Source: a virus (lineage: Duplodnaviria > Caudoviricetes). Taken from it: a stretch of 51,394 bases of DNA. The stretch spans positions 1 through 51,394 of IMG/VR virus record IMGVR_UViG_3300025087_000094. The stretch is one strand, 5' to 3'. Positions 8,431 to 17,298 of the stretch are shown in pieces (the first letter of the stretch is position 1; every line of letters starts with the position of its first letter). The notes beneath the pieces were generated by a model, which worked only from the letters and a program-made list of their open reading frames with translations, had not been told where the DNA came from and ran no database searches. The position numbers and the translations under genes were made by a program.

Positions 8431-9963
8431 GTGGAATCCGAAACTAGACGAGCGTATCAAGAATACCTGAACAGCAAGGCCCCGATTGTGCCGGACACAG
8501 GAATGCGTCCGGGCGCTGTGCGTGAATGCCTGTTCCCCTTTCAGCGCGACATCGTGCAATGGGCCTTGCAACGCGGCAGGGCAGCGTTGTTCGCGGACAC
8601 GGGACTTGGTAAGACCATCTCTCAGCTCGAATGGGCCTCGCAAGTATCCGGGCACACTCAGGCTCCAGTGCTGATTCTTGCCCCTCTCGCAGTCGGACAA
8701 CAGACCGCACGCGAGGCTCGTAAGTTCGGAATTGGTGGCGTGAAGTACTGCCGCGAGCAAACTGACATCGATTCGAACACTAGCATCGTGGTTACCAACT
8801 ACGAGCGATTGCATAAGTTCAATCAGGCAGAATTCAGGGGAATCGTGCTGGACGAATCCAGCGTACTGAAGTCCTTTATGGGCAAAACCAAGCGCACTCT
8901 AGTCTCGACGTTCAAGGGCATGCGGTTCAAGTTGGCGTGCACAGCTACACCCGCTCCCAATGACCATCTTGAACTCGGCAATCACGCGGAGTTCCTTGAC
9001 GTAATGGCATCCAACGAGATGATTGCCCGCTGGTTCATCAATGACACTTCCACCTTTGGCACATACCGTCTGAAGGGACACGCCGTTCGCTCGTACTGGG
9101 ACTGGGTGTCGACTTGGGCTCGCATGCTCGGGCTTCCGTCTGACATGGGCTACTCCGATGAGGGATTCGTCCTGCCCGAACTGCGCATGCGCAAGCACGT
9201 GGTCGAAGTTGACATCACACAGAACAGAGGCGATAAACTGTTCCGCATCCCAGAACTTTCCGCCACCAGCTACCACAAGGAAAAGCGCCTTACTGCCGAT
9301 TCGCGTTCGCGCAAGATTGCCGACTGCGTGGAGGCGGAACCGAATGAACGTTGGCTCATCTGGTGCGAGACAGACTACGAGGCGGATGCTCTCACGGCCG
9401 TCATTCCTAACGCCATTGAGGTGCGCGGCTCTGACAGCACGGAGCGCAAGGAACTGGCCGCGTTGTGGTTCGCCGGTGACGTCTGCGAGGAGTGTTCCGA
9501 AGAGTGCGCAAAGCTCGTGAGGGGCAAGACGTCCGCTGCCAATCCGGAGTTGGGGGTGTGCTCGAATTGCGGCAAGACCCTGCACCCGGCCATCATGGTT
9601 AGCAAGTCCGGAATCTTTGGGCTCGGACTCAACTTCCAAAAGTGCGCGCGCGTGGCATTCGTTGGCGCTGGGTACTCATACGAATCGTACTACCAGTCAA
9701 TACGGCGTTGCTGGCGGTTCGGGCAGACGCGACCCGTTGACGTGCATATCGCACTGGCATCCACGGAGCGCGAAGTATGGGACGTTCTCATGCGCAAGGC
9801 GGCAGACCATGAGCGTATGAAGTCCGCCATGTTCGAAGCCATGCGACGGGCTCAAGGCGTGGACAGGAAACGTCGAGTACTATACAACCCACAACAAGTC
9901 ATGCGCCTGCCTGAATGGCTTTTCGACCACGGCACTGATGACAGCACAGAGGAGGAATCTTGA
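8431..9963 (+). CDS. SNF2-related helicase with Cys-rich insert
   Basis: DTGLGKT, LDESS, TATPAPND, QSIRRCWRFGQ; insert CEECSEEC...CSNC. Confidence 0.88.
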   Translation: MESETRRAYQEYLNSKAPIVPDTGMRPGAVRECLFPFQRDIVQWALQRGRAALFADTGLGKTISQLEWASQVSGHTQAPVLILAPLAVGQQTAREARKFGIGGVKYCREQTDIDSNTSIVVTNYERLHKFNQAEFRGIVLDESSVLKSFMGKTKRTLVSTFKGMRFKLACTATPAPNDHLELGNHAEFLDVMASNEMIARWFINDTSTFGTYRLKGHAVRSYWDWVSTWARMLGLPSDMGYSDEGFVLPELRMRKHVVEVDITQNRGDKLFRIPELSATSYHKEKRLTADSRSRKIADCVEAEPNERWLIWCETDYEADALTAVIPNAIEVRGSDSTERKELAALWFAGDVCEECSEECAKLVRGKTSAANPELGVCSNCGKTLHPAIMVSKSGIFGLGLNFQKCARVAFVGAGYSYESYYQSIRRCWRFGQTRPVDVHIALASTEREVWDVLMRKAADHERMKSAMFEAMRRAQGVDRKRRVLYNPQQVMRLPEWLFDHGTDDSTEEES

Positions 9964-10964
9964 ACACCATTCCCAACCTAGACACTACCGATACCACCGA
10001 CACTGCCGACACTACAGACACCACCGACACCATCCCAGCGGCTGGAGTGCAGTGCATGAAGGCAGAACACGGCAACGGGTGGATTCTGTACCATGGCGAC
10101 TGCGTGGAAGTGGCAAGACAGCTACCTAGCAACTCTGTCGACTTGGCCGTGTTTTCTCCTCCGTTCTCGAATCTGTATATCTACTCAGACTCCGAACGCG
10201 ACATGGGCAACTGCGTGGACGATTCCGAGTTCTTCGAAGGGTATGCCCATCTCTTGAACGAGCTATTCCGCATCATGAGACCCGGCCGTATCGTGTCCGT
10301 GCACTGCAAGGACTTGGTGAACTACAAGAACCGAGACGGCGCGGCGGGACTTAGGGACTTCCCCGGCGAGATTATCCGCGCGCACCTTGACGCTGGATTC
10401 ACCTACCACTCGCGCGTCACCATCTGGAAAGACCCCGTACTCGAGATGCAGCGCACGAAGGCGCACGGACTGCTGTATAAGCAACTGCGAAAGGACTCCT
10501 CGTTCTCGCGCCAGGGACTTGCCGAATACGTCGTATCGTTTCGCAAGTGGGCAGATGAGGAGGGAACGGACGTCGAACCCGTCACGCACTCGAAAGACGA
10601 CTTCCCGCTTGACCGGTGGCAGCAATGGGCATCCCCTGTTTGGATGGATTCGTGTCAGACCAAGGTGCTAAACGTGCAAAAGGCAAGAGAGGACAAAGAT
10701 GAGAAGCACCTTTGCCCCCTCAGCCTGGACATCATCGAGCGCTGCGTCGGACTGTGGTCTAACCCTGACGAGGTAGTCTTCTCCCCCTTCGCTGGCATCG
10801 GCTCGGAAGGATATGGCGCACTCCAAGCCGGACGCAAGTTCGTGGGAGTCGAACTCAAGGAAAGTTACTTCAACGATGCAGTCAAGAACCTGCGCCTAGT
10901 CGAGCCCGGAGCACGCAATCAACAACTCTCCCTTTTCGAATCCACACCAGGAGGCAACCAGTGA
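9960..10964 (+). CDS. DNA N4-cytosine/N6-adenine methyltransferase (beta class)
   Basis: Motif IV FSPPF N-terminal, motif I FSPFAGIGS C-terminal; N-terminal DTT repeat. Confidence 0.92.
   Translation: MNTIPNLDTTDTTDTADTTDTTDTIPAAGVQCMKAEHGNGWILYHGDCVEVARQLPSNSVDLAVFSPPFSNLYIYSDSERDMGNCVDDSEFFEGYAHLLNELFRIMRPGRIVSVHCKDLVNYKNRDGAAGLRDFPGEIIRAHLDAGFTYHSRVTIWKDPVLEMQRTKAHGLLYKQLRKDSSFSRQGLAEYVVSFRKWADEEGTDVEPVTHSKDDFPLDRWQQWASPVWMDSCQTKVLNVQKAREDKDEKHLCPLSLDIIERCVGLWSNPDEVVFSPFAGIGSEGYGALQAGRKFVGVELKESYFNDAVKNLRLVEPGARNQQLSLFESTPGGNQ
9981..10031. repeat. 9-bp coding microrepeat (DTT x5.7)
   Basis: GACACTACC GATACCACC GACACTGCC GACACTACA GACACCACC GACACC. Confidence 0.85.
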
Positions 10965-11386
10965 CAGAATCCGCTACAGACCACTACCTGAACCGCCTAG
11001 CGACCGAAGCGCACGCCATCTCCGTCGAAAAGGGATGGTACGAACGTTCGCGCGACGTGCCCGAACTAATCGCGCTCGCACACTCGGAACTGAGCGAAGC
11101 CCTGGAGTGCTACCGCGATAACCCGGACCCGTGCGGAGAGTCGTCTATTCGCGTCTCCGAATCCGGCAAGCCGGAAGGACTCGCCATCGAACTAGCGGAC
11201 ACGGTTATCCGAATCGCGGACATCTTCGGGTACTACGGCTTGGACATGCAGCGCGCGGTGGACATCAAGATGGCGTACAACCGCACGCGACCGCATCGGC
11301 ACGGAGGTAAGCGGGCATGGGCGCCGTACTGTGTGACTACCCTCCCTACGCATCGCACGTTGGAGCATGCAAGGTGTCGCTTATGA
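10961..11386 (+). CDS. MazG-like nucleotide pyrophosphohydrolase
   Basis: LAHSELSEALE...ELADTVIRIAD...KMAYNRTRPHRHGGK. Confidence 0.85.
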   Translation: MTESATDHYLNRLATEAHAISVEKGWYERSRDVPELIALAHSELSEALECYRDNPDPCGESSIRVSESGKPEGLAIELADTVIRIADIFGYYGLDMQRAVDIKMAYNRTRPHRHGGKRAWAPYCVTTLPTHRTLEHARCRL

Positions 11387-11781
11387 CGCGACAACCGACA
11401 GACCAGCACGGGGTGGGAATCGTGTACCTCGCCAGCCCGTACACGAGCACAGACCCGGCAATCGTCGAGGTTCGCTTCCACACAGTATGCCGTATCACCG
11501 GGCAACTGCTGAATCAAGGCTACCACGTCCTGTCACCCATCGTGCACTCGCACCCCGTCGCAGTCGCGTGTGAACTGCCCAAGCACTTCGAGTTCTGGCG
11601 CGATTACGACCATGCGCTTATCCAGGTGTGTTCCGAGGTATGGGTGTGCACTATCCCAGGCTGGCGTGATTCGGTCGGGGTAACGGATGAGAAGGCGTTC
11701 GCACGCAGTCTTGGAATTCCCGTGCGCTACGTCGTAGACCTCGTGGAGAGCGTTAGTGTGCAGGATGGGGAACCATCATGA
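11383..11781 (+). CDS. DUF1937-like / nucleoside 2-deoxyribosyltransferase-fold protein
   Basis: VYLASPYT...SPIVHSH...GWRDSVGV.E; ATGA coupling at 11383 (11317 is an alternative start). Confidence 0.8.
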   Translation: MTRQPTDQHGVGIVYLASPYTSTDPAIVEVRFHTVCRITGQLLNQGYHVLSPIVHSHPVAVACELPKHFEFWRDYDHALIQVCSEVWVCTIPGWRDSVGVTDEKAFARSLGIPVRYVVDLVESVSVQDGEPS

Positions 11782-11939
11782 CCAAGAAAAGACTAGCTCG
11801 TGTCAGAGCGCTAGGCACGAAGGAACACCCCATAACCACACAGTGGCCCATCGAGATTGACGTTGGGGACACGGTTCACTTCGTTACTCTCAAATGGGCT
11901 ACGAGGCTTAGGGATGACCTAATCTCGGCAATTAGATAG
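11778..11939 (+). CDS. small hypothetical protein (53 aa, below the ORF-track cutoff)
   Basis: ATGA overlap with the upstream stop; MTKKRLARVRALG... Confidence 0.5.
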   Translation: MTKKRLARVRALGTKEHPITTQWPIEIDVGDTVHFVTLKWATRLRDDLISAIR

Positions 11940-11985
11940 TATCACCTGGAACATCTTCAGGCATCTATATCCAAGGCTGCCAGCG

Positions 11986-12333
11986 ATGCCCACTAAACCC
12001 ACCTTCACCCCACCCGAACGAGTCCGCTACGAGGTCATCATCCACGATACCAAGGCGTCACTCCTGCGTACGTTTCAAGCCATCCTAGAGTGCGGCGCGC
12101 GCCTTCGTGACCAGTACAAGTTAGACGTATGGGTGCTGCTAATCGAACTCGAACCTGGACGGGAGGAAGATTTTCGCAGGCGTGTCAAGCCATTCCAGAT
12201 GCGGTACTACTCCCCTACGTGGTTCGACAACGGCACGCTTAGGCCACTGTACGCCAGCCCTGACGCGGAGATTGCCGAGCGGGTGAGGAAACGGGAGGAG
12301 GCAAACAGCGCGTGGTTAGGCGGCAACACATGA
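11986..12333 (+). CDS. hypothetical protein
   Basis: Co-oriented ORF, coupled to the next gene. Confidence 0.65.
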   Translation: MPTKPTFTPPERVRYEVIIHDTKASLLRTFQAILECGARLRDQYKLDVWVLLIELEPGREEDFRRRVKPFQMRYYSPTWFDNGTLRPLYASPDAEIAERVRKREEANSAWLGGNT

Positions 12334-12578
12334 CCCCCCGCCAGCAAGACATCGTCAACCTAGAAAACACCATCCGTCGCTCGAGTGCGCGCCCAGCACA
12401 CTACCACAAGATATACTGCCCACCCAAGCACTGCTGCCCATCGTGCGCGCTCGGACTCGAGTTCACTTCGCTCGTGGAAAAATACGAGCGCCAGATTACG
12501 TGGCTACTAGTCCTTCTGCACAAGGAAGGGCGACACCGCGACATCGAATACTGGACTTGGCAGCGCAACTACGGGTGA
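12330..12578 (+). CDS. hypothetical Cys-rich protein
   Basis: ATGA overlap; CPPKHCCPSC. Confidence 0.6.
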   Translation: MTPRQQDIVNLENTIRRSSARPAHYHKIYCPPKHCCPSCALGLEFTSLVEKYERQITWLLVLLHKEGRHRDIEYWTWQRNYG

Positions 12579-12637
12579 GTGGTTACGCTCCACTAGTGGT
12601 TACGCTCCACTAGTGGTTACGCTCCACTAGTGGTTAC
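12579..12637. repeat. 17-bp intergenic tandem repeat (GTGGTTACGCTCCACTA x3.5)
   Basis: Perfect copies at 12579, 12596 and 12613, partial at 12630; upstream of the replication initiator. Confidence 0.95.
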
Positions 12638-12728
12638 AACCGCTTACGTTTTCCCTTGCCTTCCGCTTACACATGTGAGGTGGAAATTTGACCTACCACG
12701 TCTTCCCAACAATACAGAGGAGTGCACA

Positions 12729-13622
12729 ATGCCCTGGTTCAAACTAGACGATAAGGGGTGGTGTCACCCGAAGGTCATGGCGGTCGGCAACCGAGCCTTC
12801 GGGGCATGGTGCCGCGCAGGACAATGGGCATCACAACAGATGTCGGATGGGTTCGTGACACGATCCATATGCCATGCGATAGACCAAGCACCTTCAGTTT
12901 GGAGGGCCTTGGTAGAAGCTGGTTTGCTACACCCGTGCGAGGGCGGATATGTCATCCACGACTATCTGGTTTACAACCCTTCGCGTGAAGAATGTATCGC
13001 AAAACAGGCTGCACAGCGAGAGGGCGGCAGGTCTGGAGCCCGTGCCAGATGGGATAGGTCAACCCATGGGTCAACCTATAGGTCAACCCATAGGTCAACT
13101 AATGGGTTGCCGCATGACCAACCCATGACGAAAAAAATGCCCCGACCCGACCCCTATAGATCCCTCTCTTCGAGAGGGGGAAAACCTGACGATGCGTCAC
13201 CTTCGGTGCCGGATGCCGAATCGGCATCCCCGCCCCCTGATTCAGATAGGTCCAGAAGAGCGTGGCAACTCTGGAAGTCCACCTATCTCGGGAGCAAGAA
13301 ACGGAAGTATGGCCCGTACGTGTCAAGCGATAGGTGTGCATCGGCCATCGCTAAGGTTGCCGAACGTGCAAGGCAAAGTGCGGCGGAAGTGCCTAGTTTA
13401 TCTGGCGCTGGAAACGCTTGGGAACTCGAGGGCAAGATTCTAGACCACTGGTTCAAGAACTACATGCGCGACGACGGGCACGATGGCTTTCTCGTGGAAC
13501 AGCGACACGCTGTGCACTACATACTACAATCGCTACCGAAGTACGGGCTTCCCAGTAATCTAGACGTGTCGAGTACCGATGAGACACATATACATTGTGC
13601 CACTCCCGGAGGTGTGAATTGA
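12729..13622 (+). CDS. phage replication initiator-like protein
   Basis: N-terminus MPWFKLDD...HPKV...DGFV...YVIHDYL.YNPS typical of phage initiators; GAGGAG RBS; internal iteron-like repeats; followed by dnaB. Confidence 0.75.
   Translation: MPWFKLDDKGWCHPKVMAVGNRAFGAWCRAGQWASQQMSDGFVTRSICHAIDQAPSVWRALVEAGLLHPCEGGYVIHDYLVYNPSREECIAKQAAQREGGRSGARARWDRSTHGSTYRSTHRSTNGLPHDQPMTKKMPRPDPYRSLSSRGGKPDDASPSVPDAESASPPPDSDRSRRAWQLWKSTYLGSKKRKYGPYVSSDRCASAIAKVAERARQSAAEVPSLSGAGNAWELEGKILDHWFKNYMRDDGHDGFLVEQRHAVHYILQSLPKYGLPSNLDVSSTDETHIHCATPGGVN
13054..13108. repeat. 12-bp iteron-like repeats (ATRGGTCAACYN x4), putative origin
   Basis: ATAGGTCAACCC ATGGGTCAACCT ATAGGTCAACCC ATAGGTCAACTA inside the initiator gene, followed by an A-tract. 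Confidence 0.7.
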
Positions 13623-14986
13623 GCGGAGATTGGAAGGGTAGTTCATCCGATGACCGCGTGCCTCCGAATGACATTAACGCGGAAGCCGCCGTGCTTTCTG
13701 CCGTGCTTATCGACCCGACCGTTCTTGACATCGCCCTTGTGGTACTTGAACCTGGACAGTTCTACAGTGACGCGAACCGTAAAATCTTCGAAGCATTCCT
13801 TGACCTGTCTGCGAACGGTCGACCGATTGACATCCTGACCGTGCGCAGTTGGCTAGCGGACCGTGACTTGCTAGAGCGCGCTGGAGGCTCGACATACCTT
13901 GCGCAGATTCTAGACTCGGTTCCGGCAGTGTCGAACATCGAGGAATATGCTCGCATTGTGCGGTCGAAGTGGCGGGCGCGCCAGATGATATCTACGTGCC
14001 AGCGAGTATCCGCAGAAGGCTACGGAGCATTCGACGTTCAAGACTACTTGGACAGGGCCGAATCGGACGTGTGTTCGATATCCGAAGAGCGCGAAACTAG
14101 GCAACCCGAACCGATTGGCGATGTCATCCGGGATAGGTTCAAGTCGCTACAGGCCAGACTCGAGGCCGGTACCGAGAACATGATTCGTACCGGGCTTGAT
14201 GACTTGGACCAAGTTGTTGTAGGCTTTTCTGGTCCTGACCTAGTGTGCATTGCCGCCCGTCCTGGTATGGGGAAAACCGCGTTTGCGATAAACAACGTGG
14301 TAGTGGACACGGCCGAGAGAGGAATTGGTGTTGGAGTGTTCTCGCTTGAGATGAGCCGAGAGCAACTTACGGACAGGGCTATATGCTCCGCCGCTCTCGT
14401 GGACTCGCGCAAGATTCCACGTGGCACTCTTAGCCGAGAAGAGTGGGGGAAAATCACGGAGCAAGCGTCAAGAATATCCAAGTTGCCAATCATCGTGGAC
14501 GACGAGGGGGCGATTCAACTTTCGGTCTTGCGTTCGAAGGCTAGGAGAATGGCCTCGGACTTGCGAAAGCGCGGCAACCCGTTAGGCGTAATCGTAGTTG
14601 ACTACCTGCAACTCATGGGCACTTCTTCTGGCAAGGAAAGCCGTGACGAAAAGGTGGGGGCAAACAGCCGCGGACTGAAGGCGCTTGCGAAGGAACTTGG
14701 AGTCGTGGTAATCATGCTAGCGCAACTCAACCGAGACGTGGAGAGGCGCGGCAAGTCGGCTAAACCGCAACTGTCAGACCTTCGTGAGTCTGGCAGCATC
14801 GAAGCTGATTGCGACGTAATCATGTTCATTCACGGGCCAAAGGAGCAGGATGGCACTTCCGAGATTGTGGTCGGTAAGCATCGGCAGTTCGGGACTGGAG
14901 TGTGCACGGTAGCGTGGCGTCCGCAGTTCACGCGGTTCGACAACCTGGAACCGGGGCAGAAACAGGACGAGGAAGAGGGGTGGTAG
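13619..14986 (+). CDS. dnaB: replicative DNA helicase DnaB
   Basis: PPNDINAEAAVL, AARPGMGKT, FSLEMS, VDYLQL, AQLNR, DLRESGSIE; TTG start after GGAGGT overlapping the upstream TGA. Confidence 0.96.
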   Translation: MSGDWKGSSSDDRVPPNDINAEAAVLSAVLIDPTVLDIALVVLEPGQFYSDANRKIFEAFLDLSANGRPIDILTVRSWLADRDLLERAGGSTYLAQILDSVPAVSNIEEYARIVRSKWRARQMISTCQRVSAEGYGAFDVQDYLDRAESDVCSISEERETRQPEPIGDVIRDRFKSLQARLEAGTENMIRTGLDDLDQVVVGFSGPDLVCIAARPGMGKTAFAINNVVVDTAERGIGVGVFSLEMSREQLTDRAICSAALVDSRKIPRGTLSREEWGKITEQASRISKLPIIVDDEGAIQLSVLRSKARRMASDLRKRGNPLGVIVVDYLQLMGTSSGKESRDEKVGANSRGLKALAKELGVVVIMLAQLNRDVERRGKSAKPQLSDLRESGSIEADCDVIMFIHGPKEQDGTSEIVVGKHRQFGTGVCTVAWRPQFTRFDNLEPGQKQDEEEGW

Positions 14987-15199
14987 CGCTATGTGGTATA
15001 GTTGTCATAATTACAACATGGTTACGCTACGTCACTTTTTGCCATCGCTCCCGTGCGTGGCACCTAGGACGAATCCTGTAACCGCCCCCACCCTAAACCA
15101 TGTACGACCCGTCCCGATTCGTTCTAGGGCCATCCTCGTGCCAGTAAACGGGTGTCCTGTGGGTTGGGTCGGGTGAGGACTGGTTGCGGGCGAAAGCGG

Positions 15200-15227
15200 T
15201 TGACAACACGAGCGGGGTGGTTACACT
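15200..15227 (+). promoter_or_regulatory. sigma70-type promoter
   Basis: TTGACA-16-TACACT with GTGGT before the -10 box. Confidence 0.75.
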
Positions 15228-15281
15228 GGCGAGCATGAGATTGGGAGTGGGCGGATTCCTATGATGGGGAGGAGCAAGGCG

Positions 15282-15671
15282 ATGGCTAGCAAACTCACGA
15301 CAGACGACTGCCCCGTGAAGGTTGGGGACAAGGTAGGAGTTATTCGCAAGCACGGGTGGGGAGACGACCGAGTGCATGGTCCGTACGAGGTCAAGCGCGT
15401 ACTCTTACGTCCGCGCGTGTGTGTTCTTGTGGACGGCAAGGGTACAGAGATTCGCGAGGAGTGGAACTGTTCTTCCTGGGCACCGTACCCCATGCTCTGG
15501 ACAGACGAACTCCGCGCCCGGATGCTTCGCGAGCGTGCGGTAGACGCACTGACTCGTCTTGCCGATTCGGTGCACCAGCGCGGGATTGAGCCGGAAGCGA
15601 GCACGGAGGATATCACGGCCGCGCATCTGGCGCTTCTGGCAGTGGTTCGGAAGGCGGAAGAAAAAGGTTGA
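15282..15671 (+). CDS. hypothetical protein
   Basis: GAGGAG RBS before ATG 15282; downstream of a promoter. Confidence 0.65.
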   Translation: MASKLTTDDCPVKVGDKVGVIRKHGWGDDRVHGPYEVKRVLLRPRVCVLVDGKGTEIREEWNCSSWAPYPMLWTDELRARMLRERAVDALTRLADSVHQRGIEPEASTEDITAAHLALLAVVRKAEEKG

Positions 15672-15679
15672 CGTATAGG

Positions 15680-15707
15680 TTGGCACGGGTTAGCGGGTGG
15701 TTACTGT
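15680..15707 (+). promoter_or_regulatory. sigma70-type promoter
   Basis: TTGGCA-16-TACTGT with GTGGT. Confidence 0.55.
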
Positions 15708-15735
15708 GAGTAGAAAGCGAAAGGTATAGTGTAAC

Positions 15736-15960
15736 ATGTATGACGGAACGCTAATCAGGTGGAAACACTTCGGGGCCAAGGGCAGGAAGGCGAGCTGCTA
15801 CGCTTCTATCGGCTCACGATACTGGAATGCAATGGTGCACACACGTGACCATGAGGAACAGCACGAAGACGGCGTAACGGACGCTGGCGGGTGGGGGACG
15901 ACGGCGGATACCGCGATTCGGCAGGCGATGCGTTGGGCGTCGTGGATGGTGAGCCGATGA
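15736..15960 (+). CDS. hypothetical protein
   Basis: Co-oriented ORF after a promoter. Confidence 0.6.
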   Translation: MYDGTLIRWKHFGAKGRKASCYASIGSRYWNAMVHTRDHEEQHEDGVTDAGGWGTTADTAIRQAMRWASWMVSR

Positions 15961-16183
15961 ACGCCTCAGACCTAGCCCGATGCCGCGAAGCACTGGCGCT
16001 TTGGCGCGACGTGCTCGGGCCAGCGTGCGCGTGCGTGTTCGCACGCGGCGTGTCAGGAAAAGGTTAGGAGCGAGTCATGACAACCGTATTCCTAGCCGTG
16101 TGCGCGCTGGCAATACTATGGGAACTATCGGACATCAGCGCCTTGCTCAAGGAAGCAAACCAAATTACCAGGAGTAGGAAGCC

Positions 16184-16381
16184 ATGAAGTTATCCGACGT
16201 CGAAGTTGGCAAAGTGTACCTCGCGAAAGTCTCTGGCAACACCGTGCGCGTGCGCGTGATTGGCACACGAGCGGACGGGTTCAGTGGGCGCATGAAGTGT
16301 GTGTGCGAGCGCGAGGATAACGGTAAGCGGCTCGATAAGCTGCGGAGTGCGAGTGCGCTTACTCCGGTGCGCGAGTCATGA
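16184..16381 (+). CDS. small hypothetical protein (SH3/KOW-like appearance)
   Basis: AGGAG RBS; MKLSDVEVGKVYLAKVSG. Confidence 0.7.
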   Translation: MKLSDVEVGKVYLAKVSGNTVRVRVIGTRADGFSGRMKCVCEREDNGKRLDKLRSASALTPVRES

Positions 16382-16614
16382 GATGGGCGGACTACAAGCG
16401 CTACCGCGACCTTGCTGGCCCGACTGCCCTGGCGGTGTACCACTTCCCGGATCGCGGAGTGATCGTGCGCCGCCGGAGCGGGTGGTACGCGGCCAACGAC
16501 ACGCGATGGCAACTGGTTGGCGAGGCCCCGAACAGCGCACTGTGTCAGCCCGCCAGCGGACCGCACGCAACACGCACTGATGCGGCGATAGCGCTTCTTG
16601 GGGAACTGCCATGA
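16378..16614 (+). CDS. hypothetical protein
   Basis: ATGA coupling with the upstream gene. Confidence 0.55.
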   Translation: MRWADYKRYRDLAGPTALAVYHFPDRGVIVRRRSGWYAANDTRWQLVGEAPNSALCQPASGPHATRTDAAIALLGELP

Positions 16615-16756
16615 CCCTCGCCGTCTACACCGCGCGCATTACCTACGCCGGCCGGACAAGTTCGACATTACACGCTCGACTGCGCACAACTCGGGCGACG
16701 TGATGGGACTGCCGTGCCCTGGCGCGAGTCGTCGGGAGAATAATTCCGCTCGGGTG

Positions 16757-16785
16757 TTGATGCTGGTTAGCACGGTGGTTACAAT
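16757..16785 (+). promoter_or_regulatory. sigma70-type promoter for the tRNA cluster
   Basis: TTGATG-17-TACAAT with GTGGT. Confidence 0.7.
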
Positions 16786-16992
16786 GTGAATCGGAAGCGC
16801 GATTGACGCTTCCACCGCCCCGCACCCTTCGATGGGCCGGGGCTTTCGAGGTGCCATGACACGGCTTAGCCACGAGGTGACCCATGCGCCGCACGCACAC
16901 AGCGATAAGGGCGCAGTCTATCACGCTTCCCGTCGGCAAAGACCGAATGGCGGGACCGGGCGAGGTGCCGAGCACCACCGGGATGATGTTGT

Positions 16993-17066
16993 GCCCCCTG
17001 AGCACGACGGCAGTGCACGCGGCCTGTACCCGCGTGGAGCCGGTCCAATTCCGGCAGGGGGCTCCA
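16993..17066 (+). tRNA. tRNA-Thr(TGT), atypical C33 and T loop
   Basis: GCCCCCT/AGGGGGC acceptor, GCAC/GTGC D stem, CGCGG-CCTGTAC-CCGCG, GCCGG-TCCAATT-CCGGC, T73 plus encoded CCA. Confidence 0.85.
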
Positions 17067-17116
17067 TGCAAACGCGGCAGCTGACCAATCGCGTGACAGC
17101 CGGAGAGACGGCAACT

Positions 17117-17197
17117 GCACGAGTGGCGGAATGGCAGACGTACCCGGCTTAGAACCGGGCGGGTAAAACCGTAAGGGTTCAAGTCCCTTCTCGTGCA
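17117..17197 (+). tRNA. tRNA-Leu(TAG)
   Basis: GCACGAG/CTCGTGC acceptor, TGGCGGAATGGCAGACG D region, CCCGG-CTTAGAA-CCGGG, long variable arm, AAGGG-TTCAAGT-CCCTT, A73; no CCA. Confidence 0.92.
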
Positions 17198-17298
17198 CTG
17201 AGACTCGATGGCTAATACCCTGCGGACCATCCCAAGCAACGTGAACAGGTCACGTATCGAGTCTCGCTATTCACTGACACACAGGAGAGTCTATCACA

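Noticed and set aside
11937-11939. Amber read-through or TAG recoding (the frame continues 18 codons to a TAA)
   Set aside because: dnaN, dnaB and other conserved genes end correctly at TAG; the TAG-anticodon tRNA is Leu reading CTA, not a suppressor
17200-17270. Twister ribozyme or fourth tRNA
   Set aside because: CTAA and CCCAAGC fragments are present, but the twister pseudoknot partner and the tRNA T-loop and anticodon arm are missing; kept only as a structured-RNA candidate
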